64,000 nucleotides of DNA from assembly GCA_963790045.1 (NCBI GenBank), contig CAWBMS010000007.1, positions 225,705 to 289,704 of the forward strand. Direction: 5' to 3'. Source of the stretch: Ignavibacteriota bacterium (GTDB lineage Bacteria > Bacteroidota > Ignavibacteria > UBA10030). Positions within the stretch are counted from its first letter, which is position 1. Every line of letters begins with the position of its first letter. Made by a program: the position numbers and the translations under genes. The notes beneath the pieces were generated by a model. The model made no database searches. It saw only the letters and a list, made by a program, of their open reading frames with translations, and was not told the origin of the DNA. Of this stretch, positions 1 to 12,434 are shown piece after piece.

Positions 1-148
1 GCGTGAGGTTCATCAAAATTTGAATTCCTTTGCTAATAATATCATGCGATTTTTCGCCGCGGAGATTGACAATGAATCCGATACCGCACGCATCGTGTTC
101 GTTACGGGAATCGTACAGCGGAAAATTTGTTTGTTGGTCTGTTTCCAT
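1..148 (-). CDS. gltB: glutamate synthase large subunit, N-terminal fragment running off the window start
   Basis: Minus-strand ATG at 148-146. The translation [49 protein letters not shown] contains EHDACGIGF, the conserved Ntn-amidotransferase N-terminus of GltB. Absent from the ORF track because it is truncated. Confidence 0.75.
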   Translation of the reverse strand, partial: METDQQTNFPLYDSRNEHDACGIGFIVNLRGEKSHDIISKGIQILMNLT

Positions 149-192
149 TGAACTATTAATGTTCCTTTTTCAAATCAGTGAGTTGCATAGTA

Positions 193-750
193 CTATACCT
201 CGCCTTGAAATTCGCGCTTCAATGCAACACGCCCGGTACGCGCGACCTCTTTGATACCGAACTGTTTTAACATATTAATGATTGCATCCACTTTCTGCTG
301 GCTGCCGGTGGCTTCAAGTGTCAGTGTTCGTGCACTGACATCTACAACCTTTGCGCGGAAAATTTCTGAGATCTGTAAAATTTCTGAACGTGTGCTTGTA
401 GTTGATTGAACTTTGATGAGCGCCAGTTCGCGTTCCACAAAACTTTCGAATGTTAAATCCACAACTTTAATTACATCGATCAGCTTGTTAAGCTGTTTCA
501 TAATCTGTTCAACGATCTGGTCATCGCCGCGCGTCACAATCGTCATACGGGAAACATCCGGCTCTTCAGTCGGTCCCACCGTCAAGCTGTCGATATTGTA
601 GCCCTTCGCCGCAAACATTCCTGCGATACGATTCAGTGTACCAAATCGATTTTCCACCAGCATCGAAATCGTGTGCTGTTTAAGCGATTCTTCAACTGGA
701 CGATTCGCTGCGGAAGATAATTTCGTTTGTGCCATCGGTGCCTCCGTCAT
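193..750 (-). CDS. ilvN: acetolactate synthase small (regulatory) subunit
   Basis: 185 aa. ACT-domain signature HTISMLVENRFGTLNRIAGMFAAKGYNIDSLTVGPTE. ATGA start/stop overlap with ilvB. Confidence 0.9.
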   Translation of the reverse strand: MTEAPMAQTKLSSAANRPVEESLKQHTISMLVENRFGTLNRIAGMFAAKGYNIDSLTVGPTEEPDVSRMTIVTRGDDQIVEQIMKQLNKLIDVIKVVDLTFESFVERELALIKVQSTTSTRSEILQISEIFRAKVVDVSARTLTLEATGSQQKVDAIINMLKQFGIKEVARTGRVALKREFQGEV

Positions 751-2793
751 CCTTTTGAGTGAATCATAATTTTGTGTGCTGTGTGTCCGCTTGCATTCGA
801 TGTTTCGACCGGTTCTGGATTATCTATGATCTCGTTCACCGTTTGACCGGCGGGGATCATCGGGTACACATTTTCTTCATTCGCCACAACAAACTCGACT
901 AATATCGGACCGTCTTTATGTGCCAACGCCGTTCGAATGGCAGCTTCTGCTTGTTCGGGTGTTGATGCGCGCAATGCTTTGATGCCGTAGGCATCAGCAA
1001 GTTTGACAAAATCCGGGCTGACCATGCGCGTGTGCGAATACCGTTTCCGCCAGAACAATTCCTGCCACTGCCGTACCATTCCCAAAAATCCATTATTGAT
1101 GATAAAGATTTTTATTGGAAGTTTATTTTGTGCAATGGTTGCAAGTTCTTGTATATTCATTTGAATACCGCCATCGCCGCTTACACTGATAATCGGTAAA
1201 TGGGAATGTCCGAACGCTGCTCCCATAGCCGCGGGCAGTGAAAAGCCCATCGTTCCAAGCCCGCCGGAAGTAATATGAGTGCGCGGATGTTTCCATCGGA
1301 AAAATTGCGCCGTCCACATTTGCTGCTGCCCAACATCGGTCACGACAATTGCATCGCCCTTGGTGATTTCGCTTAAACTATGAATGACATGCTGCGCGCG
1401 CAACAATTCATCATGTTTGTAGCGTAAAGGGTGCTCCACTTTCCACTGGTCGATTGTTTTTAACCAATCTTCTGTTTCAAGCGGCTTCACAAATTGAATC
1501 AATTGCTTCAACACGTTTTTCACATCGCCGACAATCGGTACATCGACGGGAACATTTTTATCGATTGCCGTCGGGTCGATGTCAATATGAATTTTTTGCG
1601 CTTCGGCGGCAAACGCTTCGGTATTGCCTGTAACGCGATCATCAAATCTTGCACCGACCGCAATCAACACATCGCAATAACTGACCGCAATATTGGAATA
1701 CCATGTTCCGTGCATACCGAGCATACCGAGCGACAAGCGGTTTTGTTCGGGATACGCACCAAGTCCATGCAACGTTGTTGTTACCGGACAATGTAGTTTG
1801 TCTGCCAGAGCGCGCAATTCGTTCGATGCATTTGCGCTGATCACGCCGCCGCCAACATACAACACCGGGCGTTTTGCACCGTTAATAACTTCCGCTGCTT
1901 TTTTAATTTGTTTGAGGTTGCCTTCTACATTCGGATTGTAACTGCGCAGCGAAACAGTTTTTGGATATTCGAATGTCCATTTTTGCGCCATCACATCTTT
2001 CGGCAAATCCACCAGCACCGGACCGGGCCTGCCGGATGTGGCAATATAAAATGCTTCTTTGATAATCCGCGTAAGGTCACGAACATCTTTTACCAAATAA
2101 TTATGTTTTGTAATCGGGCGCGTAATGCCGACGATATTCTGCTTCTTGAAACGCATCGTTGCCGATGAGTTTTGTTGCCACCTGTCCGGTGAACACGACA
2201 AGTGGAATGGAATCCAGATACGCATCAGCAATGCCGGTGACCGTATTGGTTGCACCAGGGCCGGATGTGACAAGAACAACGCCGGGCTTGCCGGTTGCTT
2301 TTGCATACCCTTCTGCAGCATGGGTTGCTCCTTGTTCGTGCCGTGTTAAAATATGTTTGATGCTGGTAATATCATGCAGCACATCGTAAATACCAATGGT
2401 CGAACCGCCCGGATATCCGAATAGCACTTGGACATTTTCTTCCGCAAGACTGCGTACAAAAATTTCAGCGCCGCTCATTTCTTTGGGCGGCTGTTTCTCG
2501 TGTACTTTCGTCGAGGTCATAGTGTTATTCCTTTTACTATTTTTATTTGTTTCAACTTCATTGTCGGTTATCTCCACACTTTCTTGCATTGCATTTTTAA
2601 TTGGTTGCTCCTCTTCCATTGCGAAGCGTCCACTACCAGCCAACCCATACAACACATCATACACGCCGATTGTTGCAGCGCCGGGATATCCGAATAAGAG
2701 TTCAACACCTTCTGCAATAAGACTGCGCACAAAAATCTCTGCGCCCGTCATCAGCTTTTGTTGAGTGTCGTTTTGTGAGGCGATTGGTATCAA
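747..2793 (-). CDS. ilvB: acetolactate synthase large subunit, frame-disrupted as sequenced
   Basis: ThDP-enzyme motifs lie on two track ORFs. ORF 2101..2793 has [16 protein letters not shown] and TSGPGATN; ORF 747..2321 has GLGTMGF and SGDGGIQMN. The frames join as NDAFQEA|[16 protein letters not shown] if one T of the TT at 2137-2138 is removed. Probable start is ATG 2478 (MSGAEIF) or 2520, but the ORF stays open up to 2793. Confidence 0.9.
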
Positions 2794-2826
2794 AGCGATG
2801 TTCCTTTTAATTCCTTTCGTTCCGCA

Positions 2827-4500
2827 TTATTTAATTTTCAACACTGCACCAGTATGTGCGCTGGTAACGAAATACGCATACCGGCGCAGCCACTGACTTT
2901 GAATTTTTTGTTCAAACGGCGGAAGTGCGGCAAGCCGTGACTTTATTTCTTCATCGCTTAAACGGACGTTGAGCGTGCGTGCATCAAAATCTATTTCGAT
3001 GATGTCGCCGTTCTTCAGTGCTGCAATGGGACCGTGCGCCGCCGCTTCCGGCGAAACGTGGCCGATACATGCACCGCGTGTTGCGCCAGAAAATCTTCCA
3101 TCCGTAATTAAGGCAACTTTTTCGCCCAGCCCCATTCCGACAATGGACGAGGTCGGCGAAAGCATTTCTTGCATACCCGGTCCGCCCTTAGGGCCTTCGT
3201 ATCGAATCACAACAACGTCTCCAGCTTTTACTTTTCCGCCGAGGATGTTTGTTTGTGCTTCCTCTTGGCTTTCAAAAATATTTGCGGGACCTGAATGTTT
3301 TCGCATGGCGGGAGAAACACCAGCGATCTTCACGACCGATCCTTCGGGTGCAAGATTGCCAAATAAAATCGCCAGCCCGCCTTTTTCTGAGTGTGGGTTT
3401 TCAATCGGACGAATCACTTCGTCATTTTTAATTTTTGCACTCGCAACAATTGAACGTAACGTTTTTCCACTGACTGTCGGACGATCAAGATGCAAAACGT
3501 TATCGCCCTTACGGGAAATTTCTTTCAGCAACGCAGGAATACCGCCAGCTTTATGTAAATCTTCCATGTGCCACTGCCCCGACGGGCGAATCTTTGAAAG
3601 GTGCGGAATTTTATCCGCAATAGTATTTATACGCTCTAATGAGTATTCGATGCCGGCTTCATTGCAAAACGCCAGTGTATGCAAAACGGTGTTGGAGCTT
3701 CCTCCCATTGCCATATCGAGCGCGAAGGCATCGTCAATCGCTTCTTTTGTTACAAGATCACGCGGTTTGAGATCTTTAGCAATAAGTTTTAAAATGAGGC
3801 GGCCGGCTTCGGCGGCAAGTTCATTGCGTTGTTTGGATTTGGCAAGAGCAGTGCCATTGTACGGAAGAGCAAGGCCGAGAACCTCTAAGAGACAGTTCAT
3901 AGAATTTGCAGTGAACAACCCCGAACACGATCCACAAGATGGGCATGCAAATCGTTCGAGGATCTTTAATCCTTTTTCACTTACTGTTCCAGCTTTATAG
4001 GCGCCGACGCCTTCAAATACAGAGTTCAAATCCAATTTTTTTCCATCCGGACTTTTACCGGCTTTCATCGGCCCGCCGGAGATAAAAATGGTTGGAATGT
4101 TTGTGCGCAATGCGCCCATCACCATGCCCGGAACAATTTTATCGCAGTTCGGAATGCAAACCATACCATCAAATTTGTGTGCTTCGATCATGGTTTCCAC
4201 GGAATCCGCAATCAACTCGCGCGAAGGAAGACTGTACTTCATTCCCACATGTCCCATGGCAATTCCATCATCCACCGCAATCGTGTTGAATTCAAACGGA
4301 ACGCCGCCTGCATCGCGAATTGCCTTCTTGACCAATTTCCCGAATGCCTGAAGATGAACATGTCCGGGAACAATATCGACGTACGAATTGGCTACCGCAA
4401 TAAACGGTTTGCCGAAATCTTCTTCTTTCAAACCCGTAGCACGAAGAAGTGCGCGATGGGGCGCTCGTTCAAAACCTTTTTTAATGAGATCGCTTCGCAT
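2827..4500 (-). CDS. ilvD: dihydroxy-acid dehydratase
   Basis: Full-length IlvD-like sequence ([19 protein letters not shown]..., [16 protein letters not shown]). Start placed at ATG 4500, the 11th codon of the track ORF. Confidence 0.95.
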   Translation of the reverse strand: MRSDLIKKGFERAPHRALLRATGLKEEDFGKPFIAVANSYVDIVPGHVHLQAFGKLVKKAIRDAGGVPFEFNTIAVDDGIAMGHVGMKYSLPSRELIADSVETMIEAHKFDGMVCIPNCDKIVPGMVMGALRTNIPTIFISGGPMKAGKSPDGKKLDLNSVFEGVGAYKAGTVSEKGLKILERFACPSCGSCSGLFTANSMNCLLEVLGLALPYNGTALAKSKQRNELAAEAGRLILKLIAKDLKPRDLVTKEAIDDAFALDMAMGGSSNTVLHTLAFCNEAGIEYSLERINTIADKIPHLSKIRPSGQWHMEDLHKAGGIPALLKEISRKGDNVLHLDRPTVSGKTLRSIVASAKIKNDEVIRPIENPHSEKGGLAILFGNLAPEGSVVKIAGVSPAMRKHSGPANIFESQEEAQTNILGGKVKAGDVVVIRYEGPKGGPGMQEMLSPTSSIVGMGLGEKVALITDGRFSGATRGACIGHVSPEAAAHGPIAALKNGDIIEIDFDARTLNVRLSDEEIKSRLAALPPFEQKIQSQWLRRYAYFVTSAHTGAVLKIK

Positions 4501-4537
4501 TATGTGTTCCTTTCCGATAAAGCAATACAATGTTTCT

Positions 4538-4767
4538 CCTCTGCCAGAGGCGAACGTTGCGGGAACCTATAATGAGAAAACTGTGGTGTGCTTCGTTTGG
4601 CCTCTGGCTTCTGCTTAGCCGATAATCAATAGACTAATAAGAGTAAGCAGGAGGCCAATAATAGTAGGCATAACGGTAACGACGGATGTAACCGTAACCA
4701 GTGTCGGTGCAGTAACCGTTTGGACACTGTTCAAAGAAGATTGCGATATGTTTCCGTTATGGTTCAC
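4538..4767 (-). promoter_or_regulatory. candidate ilv leader peptide ORF with alternative-pairing attenuator-like segments
   Basis: Minus-strand ORF from GTG 4767 (or ATG 4671) to TAA 4615: VNHNGNISQSSLNSVQTVTAPTLVTVTSVVTVMPTIIGLLLTLISLLIIG. 30 of 50 residues are I, L, V or T. Four segments can pair 1:2, 2:3 or 3:4: 4651-4658 (inside the ORF), 4597-4608, 4543-4551 and 4538-4543. Confidence 0.4.
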
Positions 4768-4792
4768 TTTACCTAAGTAAATAACTACCTAT

Positions 4793-4821
4793 ACCTTACG
4801 AAAAACTTTTGTTTTTGTCAA
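4793..4821 (-). promoter_or_regulatory. possible sigma-70-type promoter for the ilv leader/operon
   Basis: Minus strand reads TTGACA (4821-4816), a 17-nt spacer, then TAAGGT (4798-4793). It sits just upstream of the leader ORF. FCB-group promoters may follow other rules, so confidence is low. Confidence 0.3.
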
Positions 4822-4882
4822 GAGAATCGGAAAAATTTTTCTTCATTCTCCGTTTTTCTGTACAAAACTATTACAATTTGAA

Positions 4883-4916
4883 GCAACAACCGCTGTTTTT
4901 CTTCGGCGGTTGTTGC
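4883..4916 (-). terminator. stem-loop terminator downstream of gyrA
   Basis: Perfect 11-bp stem GCAACAACCGC / GCGGTTGTTGC with a 12-nt loop, 12 nt after the gyrA stop. Confidence 0.7.
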
Positions 4917-4927
4917 TCGTAGAATTC

Positions 4928-7586
4928 TTATTTCCGCTTGCCCTTTGTCTTCTTATTAGATGACTTAGGCGACGGTTTCTGTTTTGCTTTAGGTTTTACT
5001 TTCGGTTTCTCTTTTTCTTTTTTGATTTTCACAACACTATTTTTTTTTTCATCGAATAATGTCGGCTGCTCTTTATTTTTATCGGGTGTCGAATGATTAT
5101 CGTTTGTTTTATTGTTGGAAGAATTTTTTGTTTCTTCTGCAAGACGATTTTCTTCTTCTTCCTCTGCAACAACAACGGCAACATCGGCAACGGTGTCGCC
5201 TTCGTTCAATCGGATCAAGCGCACACCCTGTGTGTTGCGTCCCGCAAGGCGAATGTCGGCAGCATGCTGTCGAATGACCATGCCGTCAGTTGTAACGACG
5301 ACAAGATCGTCCGTTTCCATGATTTCTTTGATAGAAACCATATTGCCGGTTTTATCAGAAATTTTTACGGTGATGATTCCCTTACCGCCGCGATGACTGA
5401 TGCGATACTCGCCTTCATCGCTGCGTTTCCCGTATCCTTTATCGGTTGCAATCAGAATCGTTGTTCCCTTGCGGCGTAAATTCACCGCGCCGATCACTTT
5501 ATCGCCTTTGCTAAGCTTGATGCCGCGAACGCCGGCAGCAGAACGGCCCATCGGACGAATTTCATTTTCATGGAAACGAATCGCCATGCCTTTTTGCGTT
5601 CCAATAACAATATCTTGCACACCATCGGTAAGCTTCACATCGCGCAGCACATCTTTGTCTTTCAGGTTTGCTGCAACAATGCCATTCTTTCGCGGATTAC
5701 TGAATTCCGACAGCACTACTTTTTTCACCAATCCTTGTTCGGTGAACATAAACACAAAATGTTTGTTGTCAAATTCTTTCACTGCGATGAACGACGCAAT
5801 AGATTCATCCGGCAATTTCGAAATAAGATTGTTGATGGATTTTCCTTTGGTGGTTCGGCCGCCTTCGGGAATTTCGAATACTTTCAACCAGTGGCATCGT
5901 CCTTTGTCGGTGAAGATGAGAACATAGTCATGCGTACTTGCCACAAACATGTGCTGCATAAAATCATCTTCGCGTGTTGCAGCGCCGGTCACGCCTTTGC
6001 CGCCTCGTGATTGACGCCGATAACCGGAAACCGGGAAACGTTTAATAAACCCGCTGTGACTGATCGTCACGACAACTTCTTCTTCGGCAATCATGTCTTC
6101 AATGCGGAATTCTTCCGCTTTGTAAACGATTTCCGTACGGCGGTCATCGCCGTATTTTTCTTTGATCTCTAACAATTCTTCTTCAATGATTTTCATTTGA
6201 AGCTGCTTGTTCTTGAGAATGCCTTTGAGTTTTTCGATCAACTTAATCGTTTCGCGATATTCATCTTCGACCTTTTTGCGTTCCAATCCGGTCAACCGTT
6301 GCAAACGCATATCGAGAATTGCTTTTGCCTGAATTTCAGAAAGCTTGAAGCGTTTCATCAATCCGGTTTTTGCGCTTTCCACATCTTTCGATTTTTTGAT
6401 GAGCGCAATCACTTCATCGATGTTATCGAGCGCAATGATATATCCTTCAAGAATATGTGCGCGCTTTTCCGCTTCATCCAAATCAAATTTCGTCCTGCGC
6501 ACAATCACCACGTTGCGATGATCGATGAAGTGGCGAACGAGATCACGCAACTGCAATGTTTGCGGCCGGCCATCTACCAGCGCAATCATAATGACGCCGA
6601 ACGTTGTTTGCATCTGCGTATGTTTATACAAATTATTGAGTACCGACTTCGGCATTGGCTTCGCGTTTTAATTCGATCACCATCCGCAATCCATCGCGAT
6701 CCGATTCATCACGAATATCCGAAATGTCTTCAATTTTTTTATCGGAAACTAATTCGGCAATCTTTTCAATCAATGCTGCTTTGTTGACTTGATATGGCAA
6801 TTCATTGACTATAATCCGCTGACGATCGTTTTTTCCTGTTTCAATGTTGGCGCGGGCACGCACGATAATTTTTCCGCGTCCCGTCGTGTATGCGTCTTTA
6901 ACTCCACCATACCCGTAAATAATTCCGCCTGTTGGAAAATCTGGCGCAATGATATGCTTCATCAATTTTTCATTCGTGATGGATGCGTCTTTGATGTACG
7001 CAATGCAGCCATCGATTACTTCGCGCAAATTATGCGGCGGAATATTCGTCGCCATACCGACAGCAATACCGCTCGTTCCATTGCAAAGCAAATTCGGAAT
7101 TAGCGCAGGCAGAACCGTTGGTTCTTGCAATGTTTCATCGAAGTTCGGCGAAAAATCGACCGTGTTTTTTTCAAGATCTTTCAGCATTTCTTCCGCAGCG
7201 CGTGTCATGCGCACTTCGGTATAACGCATTGCTGCAGCAGAGTCGCCATCAACCGATCCGAAATTTCCTTGTCCATCGACGAGCATATAACGCATCGAAA
7301 AATCCTGCGCCATACGCACCATCGTATCGTACACCGCAGTGTCGCCGTGCGGATGATATTTGCCGAGCACCTCGCCGACGATACGCGCACTTTTTTTATA
7401 CGGCCTGTTGCTGTTGTTGCTCAATCCGTACATACCGAAGAGGACACGCCGGTGTACCGGCTTCATGCCGTCGCGCACATCGGGCAGCGCACGCGCCACG
7501 ATGACGGACATCGAATAATCGATGTATGATCCGCGCATTTCATCTTCAATATCGACCGGTACTATTTTTTCATTCAGTGTTGCCAT
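4928..7586 (-). CDS. gyrA: DNA gyrase subunit A, frame-disrupted as sequenced
   Basis: Track ORF 6633..7586 is the N-terminal part (YHPHGD, catalytic-Tyr motif AAMRYTE). ORF 4928..6655 is the C-terminal beta-pinwheel. They join as KREANAEV|[12 protein letters not shown] after removing one C of the CC at 6643-6644. The result is about 885 aa with a Lys-rich tail. Confidence 0.95.
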
Positions 7587-7623
7587 GTATTACATCTTCC
7601 TTTAATCCGAAATAAAATCTTTT

Positions 7624-8877
7624 TTATTCATGCCCGTTTGTACGTCCATAATTTTTTCTGCGTTGTGAACTTGCGGTGATACCGAACCGCCGAACATTCC
7701 GATCCATCGGTACTGCCACCGCCCACAAAACAAGCACAAGATATTTTTCCCACACTTGATATGAAAGCGGCATGATCAATAAAAAAAAATAATAACAAAA
7801 CGAAAGCACGGTTTGCTTTTCTATATTTCCACTTTTTATCGCTGCAACATCTTGCGTTATCAATACCAACAGCATCCAAAAGCCGATGCATGTGAAAGCA
7901 TATAAGACTATTGATTCTAAAACGCCACGTCCGGCAATAATTTCTATTGCACGATGCGCCAATCCGACTGTCTCGTGAGTCGTTTGTGTAAGCGTTACCA
8001 ATGAAGCTTTTACAGGAAACACAAAATAAATTGCGCCGCAGAAAAGTGCTTCCGGAAATAATTTCCATTTTTGTATGCTTTTCTTCCATGTAAAAAGATG
8101 AATCGGCAAAAGATAAATTCCGGCAAAAGCAATATATGTTACCAGCGCATGCGGATTCCATAAATATTCGCTTGGAATAATCCAGCGTGCAACTCCCATA
8201 GGCGGCGCGAACCCTTTCCAAATATACATACAGAACAACAACGGCAAAGATGCTGCTGCCATTGATATCGAAAACCGCAGAAAACTTCGTTTCGTTTTCT
8301 TCGTCATATCCATAACCAGCGCCGTTACCCACATTGCGAGAACAATGAAAAGAACATATTGCCGGCAGAGCATTCCGAGTGCGGCAAATATTGCTGCTGT
8401 TTCAAAGTAATCCTTTCTAAAAAAATAAATTGCGCAAAGGATGAAAAGCAACGTCAGCATGTCTGTGAACACAAAACCGCTCAATCCAAAAATGTAGGGA
8501 TTGATGAGCAAACAAATACTTGTGATGAATGCTGTCTTTGCGTTTTGTAAAAAACTGAACGCTCCCTTGTAGAGCATGATGAAGACTGCAAACGCAATGA
8601 GCAACGAAAAAATTCTCAGCGCCGCAAGATCAAATCCCCAGACACTGCCCCACGCAGTATAAATCATGTAAAAAAGCGGCGGTGTTACTTCTGGATAGTT
8701 GTATAATATTTGCGGCCAATGCGCCGTTCCAAACAATTGAATGGTTTCAACCGTATGACGTTCGTCTCCCCACACAGGCCGACGAATCGTTGCTAATGCT
8801 ATAACCACAATCACCGTTACAGCAATCAACAGCCACAAGGTTTGATAATGCTTTTCGCGCATCGTTTCCAGTTTCAT
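7624..8877 (-). CDS. polytopic membrane protein, ArnT/PMT-like (GT39/GT83-type) glycosyltransferase
   Basis: 417 aa with many TM segments. The N-terminal pattern (...WGDERHTVETIQLF...PPLFYMIY...) is typical of dolichyl/undecaprenyl-phosphate-sugar-dependent glycosyltransferases. The start abuts the gyrB stop with 0-nt spacing. Confidence 0.55.
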   Translation of the reverse strand: MKLETMREKHYQTLWLLIAVTVIVVIALATIRRPVWGDERHTVETIQLFGTAHWPQILYNYPEVTPPLFYMIYTAWGSVWGFDLAALRIFSLLIAFAVFIMLYKGAFSFLQNAKTAFITSICLLINPYIFGLSGFVFTDMLTLLFILCAIYFFRKDYFETAAIFAALGMLCRQYVLFIVLAMWVTALVMDMTKKTKRSFLRFSISMAAASLPLLFCMYIWKGFAPPMGVARWIIPSEYLWNPHALVTYIAFAGIYLLPIHLFTWKKSIQKWKLFPEALFCGAIYFVFPVKASLVTLTQTTHETVGLAHRAIEIIAGRGVLESIVLYAFTCIGFWMLLVLITQDVAAIKSGNIEKQTVLSFCYYFFLLIMPLSYQVWEKYLVLVLWAVAVPMDRNVRRFGITASSQRRKNYGRTNGHE

Positions 8878-10926
<2,049 letters not shown>

Positions 10927-11250
10927 TTACTGAAAACGAATATCTTTTACTGTATTGCTGCCGAACCTCTCGTTGAGCTTGGCAATAATTTCTTTTTTAC
11001 GCAACAGCAGTTCATTACGCCATGTGCTTGCATGTACCTGCACATACAACACGCCTTGCATAATTTTCATCGCTGTTGCAGCTTTCGCAATATGCTCGCC
11101 AACAATTTCTTCCCAGTATAACACAGCATCGTACTCGTGCAATTTTGGTTGAATACCTAACTCCTGCACCAATGCATCAAGCGTTGACGCCAACGGCTTA
11201 ATTTGTGTGTACCCAGTCTTCGACACGTTCGATTGATCCTTGCCGGACAT
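10927..11250 (-). CDS. DUF721 (DciA-like) protein
   Basis: MSGKDQ...LYWEEIVGEHIAKAATAMKIMQGVLYVQVHASTWRNELLLRKKEIIAKLNERFG...IRFQ matches the DUF721 pattern and the usual recF-DUF721-gyrB position. The start is uncertain: ATG 11250 overlaps recF by 53 nt, and the alternatives are GTG 11226 or TTG 11193. Confidence 0.7.
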   Translation of the reverse strand: MSGKDQSNVSKTGYTQIKPLASTLDALVQELGIQPKLHEYDAVLYWEEIVGEHIAKAATAMKIMQGVLYVQVHASTWRNELLLRKKEIIAKLNERFGSNTVKDIRFQ

Positions 11251-12349
11251 AAAAAAGGCGCGGCGAAAATCCTTGATGACGTAATTGTGAAAACGCTTTA
11301 CTGTCGGTTGTTGTAACAAATGATTGTCCCAACGTTCCGGACAATTCCAATAATTTTGAGATGCGCTCTTCGTCCAATTCACTCAGCACATCATCTAATA
11401 ATAAAATCGGCGTTTCTTTGCACCGCTCTTTCAAATAAAAAAATTCAGCCAATTTGAGCGCAATCAAAAATGTTTTATGTTGTCCCTGTGAAGCATAACT
11501 TCGCAGTTCCATATTGTTAATCTTAAACGCGCATTCATCGCGGTGCGGCCCGACTAACGAATGCCCGATTTTCCGTTCTTCATAAAAACGTTTTTTGATT
11601 TCTTCATGAAATAAATTTTCGATGTTTATTTGTTTTTTTTCTTCCGGCAATTCAAACGAAGGAACATACTGAAGTTGCGGTAATTCTTCGGTGTCCGTCA
11701 ATTTGCGATATGCATCGAGAACGCATGGCGTGAATTCTTCTAAGAACGTTATCCTCTTGCGCATAAGAACGCTGCCAAGATGAACAAGCGTTTCATTCCA
11801 TGGATCGATTTCTTCGTTGACCTCGCTCTTACGTAGTTTAATTTCATAGAGAACTTTGTTGCGCTGTTTAAGCACCTTGCGATATTCGATTGCCGTTTCA
11901 AGATACGATCTGCTTGCCTGCGAAATTACTAAATCGATAAAAGCACGGCGATCTGTTGGTGATCCGAAGGTAATGGCATTTTTTTCTGGCGAAAGAATAA
12001 CGACCGGAAACATGCCAACCATTGCGGATGGTCGGTTCACGGCTGCTTTGTTAATCGAAATGTTTTTTGCATTTTGTGATTGCTCATACTCAACAGCAAC
12101 ATTATACGCCACACCGCCTTCAGAAAGAATGTGTGCTTTCGCATCAAAACTTGTTTTTCCTGTTGCTAATACCACCGCATCGCTCGCTGCATAAAAACTT
12201 TTTGTCAAACAGAGATAGGAAATTCCCTCTAACACGTTTGTCTTTCCTTCGCCATTATTCCCAACGAAAATATTGACGGTCGGTGAACATTCAAACACGG
12301 TACGAAGATGATTTCGGAAGTTTGTAAGCTGTACACTTTGAATTATCAA
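11198..12349 (-). CDS. recF: DNA replication and repair protein RecF
   Basis: Walker A GNNGEGKTNVLEGI, the signature region and LLLDDVLSELD. Probable start is TTG 12349 (MIIQSVQLTNFRN). The track ORF extends to 12388 across a strong hairpin. Confidence 0.9.
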   Translation of the reverse strand: MIIQSVQLTNFRNHLRTVFECSPTVNIFVGNNGEGKTNVLEGISYLCLTKSFYAASDAVVLATGKTSFDAKAHILSEGGVAYNVAVEYEQSQNAKNISINKAAVNRPSAMVGMFPVVILSPEKNAITFGSPTDRRAFIDLVISQASRSYLETAIEYRKVLKQRNKVLYEIKLRKSEVNEEIDPWNETLVHLGSVLMRKRITFLEEFTPCVLDAYRKLTDTEELPQLQYVPSFELPEEKKQINIENLFHEEIKKRFYEERKIGHSLVGPHRDECAFKINNMELRSYASQGQHKTFLIALKLAEFFYLKERCKETPILLLDDVLSELDEERISKLLELSGTLGQSFVTTTDSKAFSQLRHQGFSPRLFYVRQGSIERVEDWVHTN

Positions 12350-12374
12350 CCGTTCATAACCTCTGTTACAACAC

Positions 12375-12405
12375 GATAGCCCCACCAAGAATGGCTGGGG
12401 CTATC
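12375..12405 (-). other. 10-bp perfect stem-loop between dnaN and recF
   Basis: GATAGCCCCA and TGGGGCTATC flank an 11-nt loop. There is no clear U-tract, so it is more likely an attenuator or processing element than a full terminator. Confidence 0.4.
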
Positions 12406-12434
12406 AATTTCATTTTCTTTCTTATAACCGTTGA

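Noticed and set aside
2969-4000. Long antisense ORFs in the track, for example the 343-aa ORF opposite ilvD and the ORFs at 5400..5927, 7628..8332, 26993..27463, 43474..43929 and 60574..61113.
   Set aside because: They lie fully inside strongly supported genes on the other strand and have low-complexity or Arg/Ser/Cys-rich composition. They are classic shadow ORFs.
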